Below, in pieces: positions 45,812 through 54,360 of a DNA stretch of 64,000 nt. The stretch is from positions 30,781-94,780 of the forward strand of contig CANFPP010000002.1 in NCBI GenBank assembly GCA_947449005.1. The letters are read 5' to 3'. A program made the position numbers and the translations under genes. Under the pieces are notes generated by a model that saw nothing but the letters and a program-made list of their open reading frames with translations, was not told where the DNA came from and searched no databases. Source of the stretch: Holosporales bacterium. Its GTDB lineage: Bacteria; Pseudomonadota; Alphaproteobacteria; Paracaedibacterales; CANFPP01. How positions within the stretch are numbered: position 1 is the first letter of the stretch; every line of letters begins with the position of its first letter.

Positions 45812-47314
45812 TTACGCTTCCCTTAAGTCATTGCCGATGTGTCTTAAAACTTCAACGCGGTCATCGAAAGGATAAACTTTATCTCCAATGATCTGGCCCG
45901 TTTCATGGCCTTTTCCTGCTATTAACAAAACATCGTTGGCTTGTAGTTGAGAAAGAACCATGGAAATTGCTTGGCCTCGATTTTCTATTTCTAAACCTTT
46001 GGGGCAGTTTTTTAAAACCTGTTTTCGAATATCCGATGGATCTTCATCGCGCGGATTGTCATCTGTAACTATGACATTATCTGCTAGATCATTGGCAATT
46101 TCACCCATGAGAGAGCGTTTGCCGACATCACGATTGCCACCACATCCAAATAATACCCACAGCTTTCCGCTTGTGTATGTACGCAGAGATTCAAGAGCAT
46201 GTTTTAAAGCATCTGGCGTATGAGCATAATCAATATAGATAGAAGCCTCACCTTGAGTCATGCCGATATATTCCATACGACCAGTTACATAGGATAAATT
46301 CGCCAAGCTCTTAACAACCATTTCGGGTGAGAGTCCTGATGCAATAGCAAGACCTATCGCACACAAAACATTTTCAATTTGGAAATGCCCAACTAATTTT
46401 ACGCTTTGCTCACCAAAATCTTTATCATTAATTTTTAAACTGAAATGCAGTTGATCCATCGAGCTTTTGATTTTACTTGCGACAATGTCAGCAGGCACAT
46501 CAACGCCATAAGAAAGAATAGATTGCGATCGCACAGCTTCACTTAATTGCTTAAAATAAGGAGATTGAAAATTAAGAACGGCTGTTCCATTTTCATCCAA
46601 AACTTCAGAGAATAATTTTAGTTTCGCTTCAAGATATTTTTCCATCGTCAGATGATAGTCAAGATGGTCTTGAGTAAGGTTGGTAAATCCTGCAGCCTTT
46701 ACCTTCACACCATGTAATCGATATTGATCCAGCCCATGACTTGACGCTTCAAAGGCAAGATGCTCAATCCCTTGCTTGCTAAGGTTTTGTAAAGTTTTAT
46801 GGAGGGAAATAGGATCAAGTGTTGTTAATTTTGGAATTTCAAAGTTTGTGTCGAATTTAGCATTTGAAGAAACTTCAAGACCGAGGGTCCCAAGACTTGC
46901 TGCCACCAATCCTTGACTCTCCCAAATTTGCCTAACCAGATTAACAATCGACGTCTTTCCGTTCGTTCCTGTAATCGCAACATTAACCTTAGGCTGCTTG
47001 GGATATAAAATGGCACAAAGTTTTGCAAGGGCTAGCCTTGGAGATTTTATGGGTATTAACATCAAGTCCTTCCCTAGAGGACGAAGCTCGTTGCAAACTT
47101 CTTCTGTTGAAAGGATAACACGGCACCCTTGACTCATTGCATGCTGTATATTGAATATGATTTGGGGACAAGGAATTGCAACAAATAAATCCGAGGCATG
47201 AACTATGCGAGAGTCCACACAAATATCAGTGATGTGAAGATTGTCTTCCTCTAAAGAGGCAGGAGAATAGAGGATTTCAGCCTTTTTAAAAAGTTCATTA
47301 ATCAACATCTTCAT
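45812..47314 (-). CDS. murE: UDP-N-acetylmuramoyl-L-alanyl-D-glutamate--2,6-diaminopimelate ligase
   Basis: ITGTNGKTS, DYAHTPDAL, FGCGGNRD and DDNPRDEDP. Confidence 0.95.
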   Translation of the reverse strand: MKMLINELFKKAEILYSPASLEEDNLHITDICVDSRIVHASDLFVAIPCPQIIFNIQHAMSQGCRVILSTEEVCNELRPLGKDLMLIPIKSPRLALAKLCAILYPKQPKVNVAITGTNGKTSIVNLVRQIWESQGLVAASLGTLGLEVSSNAKFDTNFEIPKLTTLDPISLHKTLQNLSKQGIEHLAFEASSHGLDQYRLHGVKVKAAGFTNLTQDHLDYHLTMEKYLEAKLKLFSEVLDENGTAVLNFQSPYFKQLSEAVRSQSILSYGVDVPADIVASKIKSSMDQLHFSLKINDKDFGEQSVKLVGHFQIENVLCAIGLAIASGLSPEMVVKSLANLSYVTGRMEYIGMTQGEASIYIDYAHTPDALKHALESLRTYTSGKLWVLFGCGGNRDVGKRSLMGEIANDLADNVIVTDDNPRDEDPSDIRKQVLKNCPKGLEIENRGQAISMVLSQLQANDVLLIAGKGHETGQIIGDKVYPFDDRVEVLRHIGNDLREA

Positions 47315-49043
47315 GTGCGCTCACGTGAGAAGCCGGCATCAAATAATTACTCGTAGGCTCAAGTGCATCCGTATTATATTCCAATGAATTTTCATTGATT
47401 TCGACGCCTAAAAGAGGGGCTATACGAGCAATCATTTTTCCGGAAATCGGTGCAACGTTCCAACCACCTGTTGCGTATCCATAAGTCGTTGCAATTGGCT
47501 TGGGATCGTCTAACATCACTACCATGATGTATTGAGGGTTGTCTTGTGGAAAGGCTCCAACAAACGAGGTTACTCTGGCTTTTTTAGAATAAACACCCTT
47601 TTCGTTTTTATGTGATGTTCCTGTTTTCCCCATAACATCATACCCAGGAACATTGGCTGCTTTTCCTGTGCCTTTTAGAGCAGTTAAGCGCATTAAATGA
47701 CGCATTAAACGAGATGTTTTTGCAGAAACAATAGGGGTTGTATTCTGGTATCTTTTAGGATTTCCATGTAGAAGAGTTGCTTGCGGAATATAACCATTGT
47801 TAATAATTCCTCCAATTCCCATGATGACTTGTAAAGGCGATACAGCAATACCATACCCATAAGAAATTGTTACTGTCGTAATATCTCTCCAGGTGGAAGG
47901 AGTTAGAGGCGCGCTAATCTCTGGAACTTCGATTGTTGGTGCGCGCAACAGTCCAAAAAGCTTCAAGTATTGACGTTGGTTTGCGGTGCCAAATTCAAGA
48001 GCCATTTTTGTCATTGCAATGTTTGATGAGTAAAAGAACGCTTCCTCAAGAGACAGTACTCTGTTCTTTCCTCTGAAATCACTAATTTTATGACGGCCAA
48101 AACTTATTGGAACAGTGGCATCATAGCGACTGTTTATATTTGCTACGCCTGTTTCTAAAGCAATTGCTGTGTTGAAAATCTTAAAGGTTGATCCAGATTC
48201 ATAAACACCTAAAGTATTGCGGTTGAAAGTATCTTTAACCATGTTTTGGTTTGGTAAGTTAGGGTTAAAATCTGGCAGAGAAACCATTGCCACCATTTCT
48301 CCCGTTTTAATATCCATAACCATAGCGTTTCCGCCTTCGGCCTTAAACTCAGCTATGCCTTTAAGGAGTTCATCATGAATGATATGTTGGACTCGAACAT
48401 CAATAGAAAGCTTTAAAGGCTCTGCATTATTACGTAACCGCTTATCAAAGTATCGCTCCACGCCTGCAAGACCGCTATTGTCAAGGCCGCAATACCCAAG
48501 AACATGTGAAACGAGTGATCCATAAGGATACACACGATGTTGATCCTTTTGTAAGTAAACGCCAGGAATTCCTAATTGATTGACTGCTTGTTGCAATTTT
48601 GGCGGAATATGCCTTGTAAGCCAAATAAATCCCTTATCCGATGTTAGCTTGGTAAGGAGAACGTCAAAGCTAATTTCTGGAAAAAGCTCACTTAATTTTA
48701 TCGCGGCTTCACGTGGATTAATGATAACTTTTGGATTTGCATAAACAGAAGCTGTCATTAAATGCGTTGCAAGAATTTCACCATTGCGATCAACAATGTC
48801 GCTTCGTGATAAAACGAGATGCTGGCTAATGTCATCACTTTGTCTTGCATCCTTGCCCGTTCTAATAAGCATCACATCCACAAGGCGAGCAGCAATCAAA
48901 ATAAACGCCAAGCAAAAAATACCTCCAGCAACAAAAACACGTTGCTGAGTCATTTCCAGAATAGATCTCTCCTCTATCGCCTGATTCCACAGAGTCAGGT
49001 GCTTTGAGAGAGCTATTAAAGGGCGTTTTATGAGGTGCTTCAT
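47298..49043 (-). CDS. ftsI: Peptidoglycan D,D-transpeptidase FtsI (PBP3)
   Basis: N-terminal TM segment, STFK (YESGSTFKIFN), SSN (FYSSNIA) and KTGT (MGKTGTS). Confidence 0.95.
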   Translation of the reverse strand: MKHLIKRPLIALSKHLTLWNQAIEERSILEMTQQRVFVAGGIFCLAFILIAARLVDVMLIRTGKDARQSDDISQHLVLSRSDIVDRNGEILATHLMTASVYANPKVIINPREAAIKLSELFPEISFDVLLTKLTSDKGFIWLTRHIPPKLQQAVNQLGIPGVYLQKDQHRVYPYGSLVSHVLGYCGLDNSGLAGVERYFDKRLRNNAEPLKLSIDVRVQHIIHDELLKGIAEFKAEGGNAMVMDIKTGEMVAMVSLPDFNPNLPNQNMVKDTFNRNTLGVYESGSTFKIFNTAIALETGVANINSRYDATVPISFGRHKISDFRGKNRVLSLEEAFFYSSNIAMTKMALEFGTANQRQYLKLFGLLRAPTIEVPEISAPLTPSTWRDITTVTISYGYGIAVSPLQVIMGIGGIINNGYIPQATLLHGNPKRYQNTTPIVSAKTSRLMRHLMRLTALKGTGKAANVPGYDVMGKTGTSHKNEKGVYSKKARVTSFVGAFPQDNPQYIMVVMLDDPKPIATTYGYATGGWNVAPISGKMIARIAPLLGVEINENSLEYNTDALEPTSNYLMPASHVSAHEDVD

Positions 49044-49050
49044 TTTATCG

Positions 49051-49425
49051 TCATGCCCTCACATTCGGCTCTGAAGCAAGTTGAGACATGATGTTATCAA
49101 GCGAAGGTTTCTTGCTATCAAGTGAAGGCTGTTGAATCGTTGGGGTTGGCACTACTGCGGCAGTAACATCCTTTAGTGAAATCATTTGACTTCCCTGTAT
49201 AGGGCTTAGGTCTAAATATTTCTGCGTTAATACTTGTAAGATCTTTGGATCATTAAGATGAGCCCATTCCGCTTTTAAAACATGAATAGATTCTTCAGAC
49301 TCTATGATCGATTTACGAATTTGGTTCTGTTGCTGTTCTAAAAAAACAACTTCATATTTGACGCGAAAAAGTATAAGTCCCACGAGAATAGCTAATATAC
49401 CAGTAAAAAATGTTGAGCGGCGCAT
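49051..49425 (-). CDS. ftsL: Cell division protein FtsL-like
   Basis: 124 aa with one TM segment and a coiled region, located between rsmH and ftsI. Confidence 0.6.
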   Translation of the reverse strand: MRRSTFFTGILAILVGLILFRVKYEVVFLEQQQNQIRKSIIESEESIHVLKAEWAHLNDPKILQVLTQKYLDLSPIQGSQMISLKDVTAAVVPTPTIQQPSLDSKKPSLDNIMSQLASEPNVRA

Positions 49426-50375
49426 TACGCTTCTTCTCCCGCTCTAACTCTGACTGCGGCTCTAAGGCGCGCTGAACGCGAACGTGGATTGCTTCTTATT
49501 TCCGAACGTGTGGGAGTAATTGCTTTAGAAAAAAGAGTTTTAAAAGGAGACGGCGCATCAGTCTGATTTCCGGGGAGATCAGGGGTGTATCGGGATATAG
49601 ATGTCCCCTGCGACTGCCGCAAAAAATTTTTAACCAATCTATCCTCTAGTGCATGAAACGTAACTGCAACCAATCTTCCTTGTGAACCAAGTAAATCAAC
49701 ACAGCTTTTTAAAGTATTCTCTATCTCTAGTAACTCATTATTCACATAAATACGCAAGCCTTGAAACGTCAAGGTTGCGGGGTCTAAACCATCTTTTTTC
49801 TTAACAATTCCTCTAATGAGCTCTGCAAGTTGCAATGTCGTTGTAATTGGGGCATTTCTGCGACTTTCAACGACAGCTTTTGCAATAGCCCGAGATTTCT
49901 TCTCTTCGCCATAAGTTTTAATTATAGACTCAATTTGTTCTTGAGTGAAAGTATTAATTACATCAGCAGCGCTAATTCCTTCATTTGACATGCGCATGTC
50001 AAGAGGTCCGTCAAAACGGAAGGAAAACCCGCGCTCTGCCTGGTCTATTTGATATGAAGAGACGCCAAAATCAAAAACAATGCCATCAATTTTGTCTATA
50101 TTGATTGAATTGAGTAGTTGAGTAATATTTCCAAAACATCCTTGAACTATAGTAAAATTATTAGGGAAATTTTTAGATAAATTTGAACTACGTTCTATTG
50201 CATCAGGGTCACGATCAATTGCAATAACTTTACAATCTGCAGCTTTTAAAATAGCTTCACTATAACCACCGCCACCGAAAGTCGCATCTACGTATGTTTT
50301 TCCACTTGAAGGCTGCAGCGCTTCTATCATCTCTCTTAAGAGAACTGGTTTGTGCCCATTATCCATGAGATGCAT
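49425..50375 (-). CDS. rsmH: 16S rRNA (cytosine1402-N4)-methyltransferase RsmH/MraW
   Basis: HKPVLLREMIEAL, YVDATFGGGGYS, DRDPDA and FDFGVSSYQID. The start is placed at Met41 of the track ORF; the longer form would overlap mraZ by 137 nt. Confidence 0.93.
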   Translation of the reverse strand: MHLMDNGHKPVLLREMIEALQPSSGKTYVDATFGGGGYSEAILKAADCKVIAIDRDPDAIERSSNLSKNFPNNFTIVQGCFGNITQLLNSINIDKIDGIVFDFGVSSYQIDQAERGFSFRFDGPLDMRMSNEGISAADVINTFTQEQIESIIKTYGEEKKSRAIAKAVVESRRNAPITTTLQLAELIRGIVKKKDGLDPATLTFQGLRIYVNNELLEIENTLKSCVDLLGSQGRLVAVTFHALEDRLVKNFLRQSQGTSISRYTPDLPGNQTDAPSPFKTLFSKAITPTRSEIRSNPRSRSARLRAAVRVRAGEEA

Positions 50376-50817
50376 CCCTTTGCTGAGATAAACGTTCTCT
50401 CGTTGCGTTATGGTGGTTTTTGAAGGTTTTTGGATTCCATATTTGGAAACGACTTCCTCTGCCGACAAAAGCAATTTGATCTGTGATTTGCGCATACTCT
50501 GAAAATTCAGTCGGCAGGCTCATTCTTCCTTCACTGTCCAAAGTAATCAAATGAGAATCTGCAAAAATGACTTCAGCAAAGTCATCAAATTTATTTGCAA
50601 CCCAACCAGTAGAATCTTTGTTTAGCGTTTGAAGAAAACGAGAACTGCAACCTTCCAAACACGGATGATTAAGCGAGCGAAAAAGCACTAAGGATGATTG
50701 CTCCGCATCTGAATCGCCTTGAGTCTTGTGAAGAACTGTTCGAAAACTATGAGGTACGGAAACGCGTCCTTTTTTGTCTATTTTATTGGTTATTGTTGAT
50801 AAGAATAAATCAGACAT
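50359..50817 (-). CDS. mraZ: Transcriptional regulator MraZ
   Basis: NKIDKKGRVSVPHSFR and LDSEGRMSLPTEF are the two SpoVT/AbrB-like MraZ repeats. It is the first gene of the dcw cluster. Confidence 0.9.
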   Translation of the reverse strand: MSDLFLSTITNKIDKKGRVSVPHSFRTVLHKTQGDSDAEQSSLVLFRSLNHPCLEGCSSRFLQTLNKDSTGWVANKFDDFAEVIFADSHLITLDSEGRMSLPTEFSEYAQITDQIAFVGRGSRFQIWNPKTFKNHHNATRERLSQQRDASHG

Positions 50818-50873
50818 GAAATACTACGGTTCCAAAACTTAATTGTAGTGCAAAATTATTATACCTCTATATA

Positions 50874-50929
50874 ATGGGATAGCATGGGAATCGATGGGAG
50901 TCAATGGGAAATGTGTTGTTTTTGTGGGA
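50874..50929 (+). promoter_or_regulatory. Phased (A/G)TGGGA direct repeats. Candidate MraZ operator overlapping the mraZ promoter.
   Basis: ATGGGA at 50874, 50884, 50894 and 50904 (exact 10-bp phasing) and GTGGGA at 50924. A perfect minus-strand TATAAT lies at 50863..50858, between the boxes and the mraZ start. Confidence 0.55.
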
Positions 50930-50937
50930 TTTAAGCT

Positions 50938-52098
50938 ATGAGTGTGTCTGTTTTTAGGGAAGATTTTCAAGGTATATTGCAGGTTTTACCAGCTTTAGAG
51001 AGCGGTGGGGTTGAGTGCATGACGCTCGATCTTGTTCTAGCTTTAGAAAGAATGCATTTTCCCTATAAATCTTACGTTGCGTCCGCTGGCGGTAAGATGT
51101 TGGAAAAATTAGATAATTCTAATGTAACGCACTTAACTTTGCCGCTTAAGAGCAAAAATCCGAAACAAATGTTTTTGAATACTCAAGAATTGCAAAGAAT
51201 TATTCAAAATCACAATATTAAATTAATTCATGCTCATTCAAGGGCGCCTGCCTGGAGTGCTCTTTTGGCAGCCAAACGCGAGAAAATCCCTTTTATCACG
51301 ACATATCATGGAACTTATAACAGCACCAATTTTATCAAAAAATTTTACAATTCAGTTATGATTAGAAGTGATAAAGTTATTGCAATTTCAAAGTTTATTG
51401 AGAACCATATTCACCAGCACTATGCAATAGACTCTCAGAAGGTGGTGTTAATTCCTGAAGGAGTAGATGTTGATAGTTATGCGCCTGATAAAGTCTGCTT
51501 AAGTAAAACTCAAGAATTAAAGTCAAGTTGGCAGATAGCACCTAACGATTTTGTTTTTATGTTGCCAGGGCGTTTGACTGAGTGGAAGGGGCAAAAGACT
51601 TTTTTAAAAGCAATTGCCAAAATGACTCAAGAGAATATAATTGCCGTAATTCTAGGGTCAGATCAGGGACGTAGTCAGTATAGATCTGAGCTTGAGTCAC
51701 TCGTAGACACTCTTGGAATTCGCTCTAAAGTTAGATTTGTGAATGAATGTTCTGATATGCCAGCTGCTTATAGTGTTGCAGATGTTGTGGTTTCTGCCTC
51801 TACAGATCCAGAGGCTTTTGGTAGAGTAACGGCTGAAGCTTTGTCAATGGGGCGAATTGTTGTCGGCACAAATCACGGTGCCACACCTGAGCTGTGCAAA
51901 GATCATGGATTTTTAGTTAAACCTGGCGATGTTGAATATTTGTGCGCAACCCTCGATAAGGCTTATAACCTAGCACTTGAGGAAAAACGAGAAAGGGGAG
52001 AGAAGGGGCGTCTCCATATTGTTGAGAACTTTTCTCTGGACGGAATGATCCAACAAACCATCAACCTATACGAGAGCCTATGTTCAATCTCAACTTAG
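50938..52098 (+). CDS. Glycosyltransferase, GT4 (group 1) family
   Basis: GT-B protein with GRLTEWKGQKTFL and the EX7E region (DPEAFGRVTAEALSMGRIVVGTNHGATPE). Confidence 0.8.
   Translation: MSVSVFREDFQGILQVLPALESGGVECMTLDLVLALERMHFPYKSYVASAGGKMLEKLDNSNVTHLTLPLKSKNPKQMFLNTQELQRIIQNHNIKLIHAHSRAPAWSALLAAKREKIPFITTYHGTYNSTNFIKKFYNSVMIRSDKVIAISKFIENHIHQHYAIDSQKVVLIPEGVDVDSYAPDKVCLSKTQELKSSWQIAPNDFVFMLPGRLTEWKGQKTFLKAIAKMTQENIIAVILGSDQGRSQYRSELESLVDTLGIRSKVRFVNECSDMPAAYSVADVVVSASTDPEAFGRVTAEALSMGRIVVGTNHGATPELCKDHGFLVKPGDVEYLCATLDKAYNLALEEKRERGEKGRLHIVENFSLDGMIQQTINLYESLCSIST
52055..52082 (+). repeat. Left copy of the 28-bp junction duplication flanking the HipA cassette
   Basis: aaaccatcaacctatacgagagcctatg encodes the GT4 C-terminus ...TINLYESLC. 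Confidence 0.85.
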
Positions 52099-52252
52099 TT
52101 ACAAAAGTGCAGTCAAATATATCTGACTCAGCCTTTTTTGTGATTTTTCAAAATAAAATATAATTTACTTTATGGTTTAAGTTTCTAAGAAAGTAAGCTA
52201 TATTTTACCGTACATAAGATGTTTCAGTTAAATTGTAAAAAGGATTTTACCA

Positions 52253-53461
52253 ATGGCAAATTTTTTGTGGGGGAAAGTCTACTACAAAGATTTTTATGCC
52301 GGGACACTGCGAGAAGAGCCAGGCGATCGTACTGCTTTTGAATATGATAAATTTTATCAAAATGCTGGTCATCCTGCGATTGCTTATACAATGCCTGTCA
52401 GATCTGCTCCGTATATAAGTCAATCAGGACTCCATCCTTTTTTTGATAATCTTGTTGCAGAAGGATGGTTGGAGCATGCGCAAACACGTTTGCTGGGAAA
52501 GCGTCAAATTTCACGGTTTGAATTACTATTAGCTTTTGGATATGACTGTGCAGGTGCTGTATCAATTGCCGATCCTGAACCGGCTCGTTTGACAGAAAAA
52601 TTATTAGATATGAGTGATCAAAAAGAAATGGCAGTACTGACGAGTCGCGCCTCTCTATCTGGTGTTCAACCAAAATTAGCGATTGTTGCTCGTAATGGTA
52701 AATATTATCCTGCCAAAATTGGCGAGTTGAGCACTCATATTGCTAAGTTTCCTTCGGCTGGGCATTCTGATTTAATTATTAATGAATACCTAACAAGTTT
52801 GGCTTTTAAGGCGCTGCTGCCTAAAAGTGAGATTGTTGATTTATCAGTAGATTCTATAGAAGATTTTCCCGAAGCTGCTCTTATTATCAAACGTTTTGAT
52901 CGTACAATCGAAGGTCGTGTGCATTTTGAAGAATTCAATCAATTGCTGGGAAGAAAGTCCAACGATAAATATAATGGCGGATATAAGGAAATGAGTGATT
53001 TCATACGTACGACGAAAGAGTGCTTGCCAACAGAAAATTATCTTCTTTATGAACAACTTTTCGCAGGTTTGTTGTTAGGCAACACAGACATGCATTTTAA
53101 AAACTTTGCTATGTTTCATAAACCCACAGGATTACGAATGACTCCTGTTTATGACCAAGTTGCAGCTTCACTCTATAATTATAAAACTATTGCGTTGGCA
53201 TTAGGCGGGGCACGAAATTTGGAAATTGGCAATTTAAAACCAAAGCATTTATTTGTTTTGGCTAATGAATTTAACTTGTCACTTGATATGGTTGAATTAC
53301 TTTTCAAGCAATTGAGTCGTAATAAGGACGCCGCCAAAGATGCAATTGCTTCATCCAGAGTTGGAGATATAGCGTTTAAAAATAAACTAATTAAATTGAT
53401 GGAATCAAGATGGAACGGAACATTCGCCTTAATTGGCCAGACTTTGTTGAAGAAGCAGTAA
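52253..53461 (+). CDS. hipA: HipA-family Ser/Thr kinase (type II toxin-like)
   Basis: The N-terminal HipA_N pattern is present (FFDNLVAEGW, AFGYDCAGAV, SLSGVQPKLAI). So is the C-terminal catalytic loop (LLLGNTDMHFKNFAM...PVYDQV). An aagga RBS precedes the ATG. Confidence 0.8.
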   Translation: MANFLWGKVYYKDFYAGTLREEPGDRTAFEYDKFYQNAGHPAIAYTMPVRSAPYISQSGLHPFFDNLVAEGWLEHAQTRLLGKRQISRFELLLAFGYDCAGAVSIADPEPARLTEKLLDMSDQKEMAVLTSRASLSGVQPKLAIVARNGKYYPAKIGELSTHIAKFPSAGHSDLIINEYLTSLAFKALLPKSEIVDLSVDSIEDFPEAALIIKRFDRTIEGRVHFEEFNQLLGRKSNDKYNGGYKEMSDFIRTTKECLPTENYLLYEQLFAGLLLGNTDMHFKNFAMFHKPTGLRMTPVYDQVAASLYNYKTIALALGGARNLEIGNLKPKHLFVLANEFNLSLDMVELLFKQLSRNKDAAKDAIASSRVGDIAFKNKLIKLMESRWNGTFALIGQTLLKKQ

Positions 53462-53610
53462 AACGTCGAAAATTGCAGGGGCTCACTCAGGAGCAACTTG
53501 CCATACTATCAGGGGTTAGCAAGCCAACACTGAATAGCTTTGAGCAGGGAAAAACGACTGTTTCTTTGGAAAATGCTCTTAAAATTCTGCGGACACTTGG
53601 ATTAGAATAG
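53410..53610 (+). CDS. XRE-family helix-turn-helix protein (putative HipB-like partner encoded downstream)
   Basis: 66 aa. KRRKLQGLTQEQLAILSGVSKPTLNSFEQGKTTVSLENALKILRTLGL is a canonical HTH_3. The ORF starts 52 nt inside the 3' end of the kinase gene. Confidence 0.65.
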   Translation: MERNIRLNWPDFVEEAVKRRKLQGLTQEQLAILSGVSKPTLNSFEQGKTTVSLENALKILRTLGLE

Positions 53611-53621
53611 GTTATTTGCAA

Positions 53622-54326
53622 ATGGATGAAGATATGATTGCATATAAAAAAGGTATAACAGCCTATGTCGATAAATTTGATAAACTTGAGAAGAAAATAT
53701 ATTATATACGGCAAGAAATAAGCTCTATGTATCGTATTGATACGACAAAGGAAGGTATTAAAGATGTCAGATATTTAGTCTTTGATCACATGTTTGCAAG
53801 TATTAAACATAGCCGATTGCTCTTAAAATTTACTGACTATGATTGTATGCTTAGAGAATGTGATAGTATTCCTAATATGGGAGAAATAATAGTAAAAAGA
53901 TTGATATATTATCCAATTCCTTGTTTTTATCATGCAATTGAGAATTGCTTCTTCAAACTATTGAAAGCATTAGATAAAGAATACGCAAATGATAAATACT
54001 ATCAGTTAGTAGAAAATATTTTTACGAAACTATCTATGCCGAAAGATGGTGACGCATATAAATCATATGAAGTTCTTGGTTGTCTTCGCAATTCAATGCA
54101 CAATAATTGGGTACATGAGAAACAAAATAAAGGACACACAATAAAAAATGTTGAATTCCCCTTTTCTAAGGGCGGACATATAGCGTTTAAATCAGAAGAT
54201 CATATATTTATACTAATGGATACAATAATTGAGAGTCTTCTTACAATAATGCGTCACTCAGAGATACAAAAACTCAAGAGTGAAGATTGTCATGAAAGAT
54301 TTGCTCAATCGTTAGATCAAAAATAA
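53622..54326 (+). CDS. Hypothetical protein with no recognisable family. Third gene of the cassette.
   Basis: Long ORF (236 aa from TTG 53616, 234 aa from ATG 53622) beginning 6-12 nt after the HTH stop. It is Lys/Ile/Tyr-rich and contains LGCLRNSMHNNWVH. Confidence 0.55.
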   Translation: MDEDMIAYKKGITAYVDKFDKLEKKIYYIRQEISSMYRIDTTKEGIKDVRYLVFDHMFASIKHSRLLLKFTDYDCMLRECDSIPNMGEIIVKRLIYYPIPCFYHAIENCFFKLLKALDKEYANDKYYQLVENIFTKLSMPKDGDAYKSYEVLGCLRNSMHNNWVHEKQNKGHTIKNVEFPFSKGGHIAFKSEDHIFILMDTIIESLLTIMRHSEIQKLKSEDCHERFAQSLDQK

Positions 54327-54332
54327 CCAAAA

Positions 54333-54360
54333 AAACCATTAACCTATACGAGAACTTATG
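54333..54360 (+). repeat. Right copy of the 28-bp junction duplication
   Basis: aaaccattaacctatacgagaacttatg still reads TINLYENLC. Its last three bases are the GT9 start codon. Confidence 0.85.

Larger units (their letters stand above)
52083..54332 (+). mobile_element. Inserted accessory cassette (three genes) with no recognisable mobility gene
   Basis: It is bounded by the 28-bp duplication (25/28 identical). It interrupts what would otherwise be a stop/start-overlapping GT4-GT9 gene pair. Confidence 0.55.

Noticed and set aside
50924-50929. The fifth box (GTGGGA) was considered as part of the MraZ operator.
   Set aside because: Not fully rejected, but it is out of the contiguous array (20 bp from box 4) and sits 9 nt before the GT4 ATG. 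It may simply be that gene's Shine-Dalgarno-like sequence.
52099-52252. Short inverted repeats in the HipA leader (ttacttt…aaagtaa, tttct-a-agaaa) were considered as HTH operators.
   Set aside because: The arms are only 5-7 bp in very AT-rich DNA, which is within chance expectation. They are mentioned only as something to test if the HTH protein is studied.
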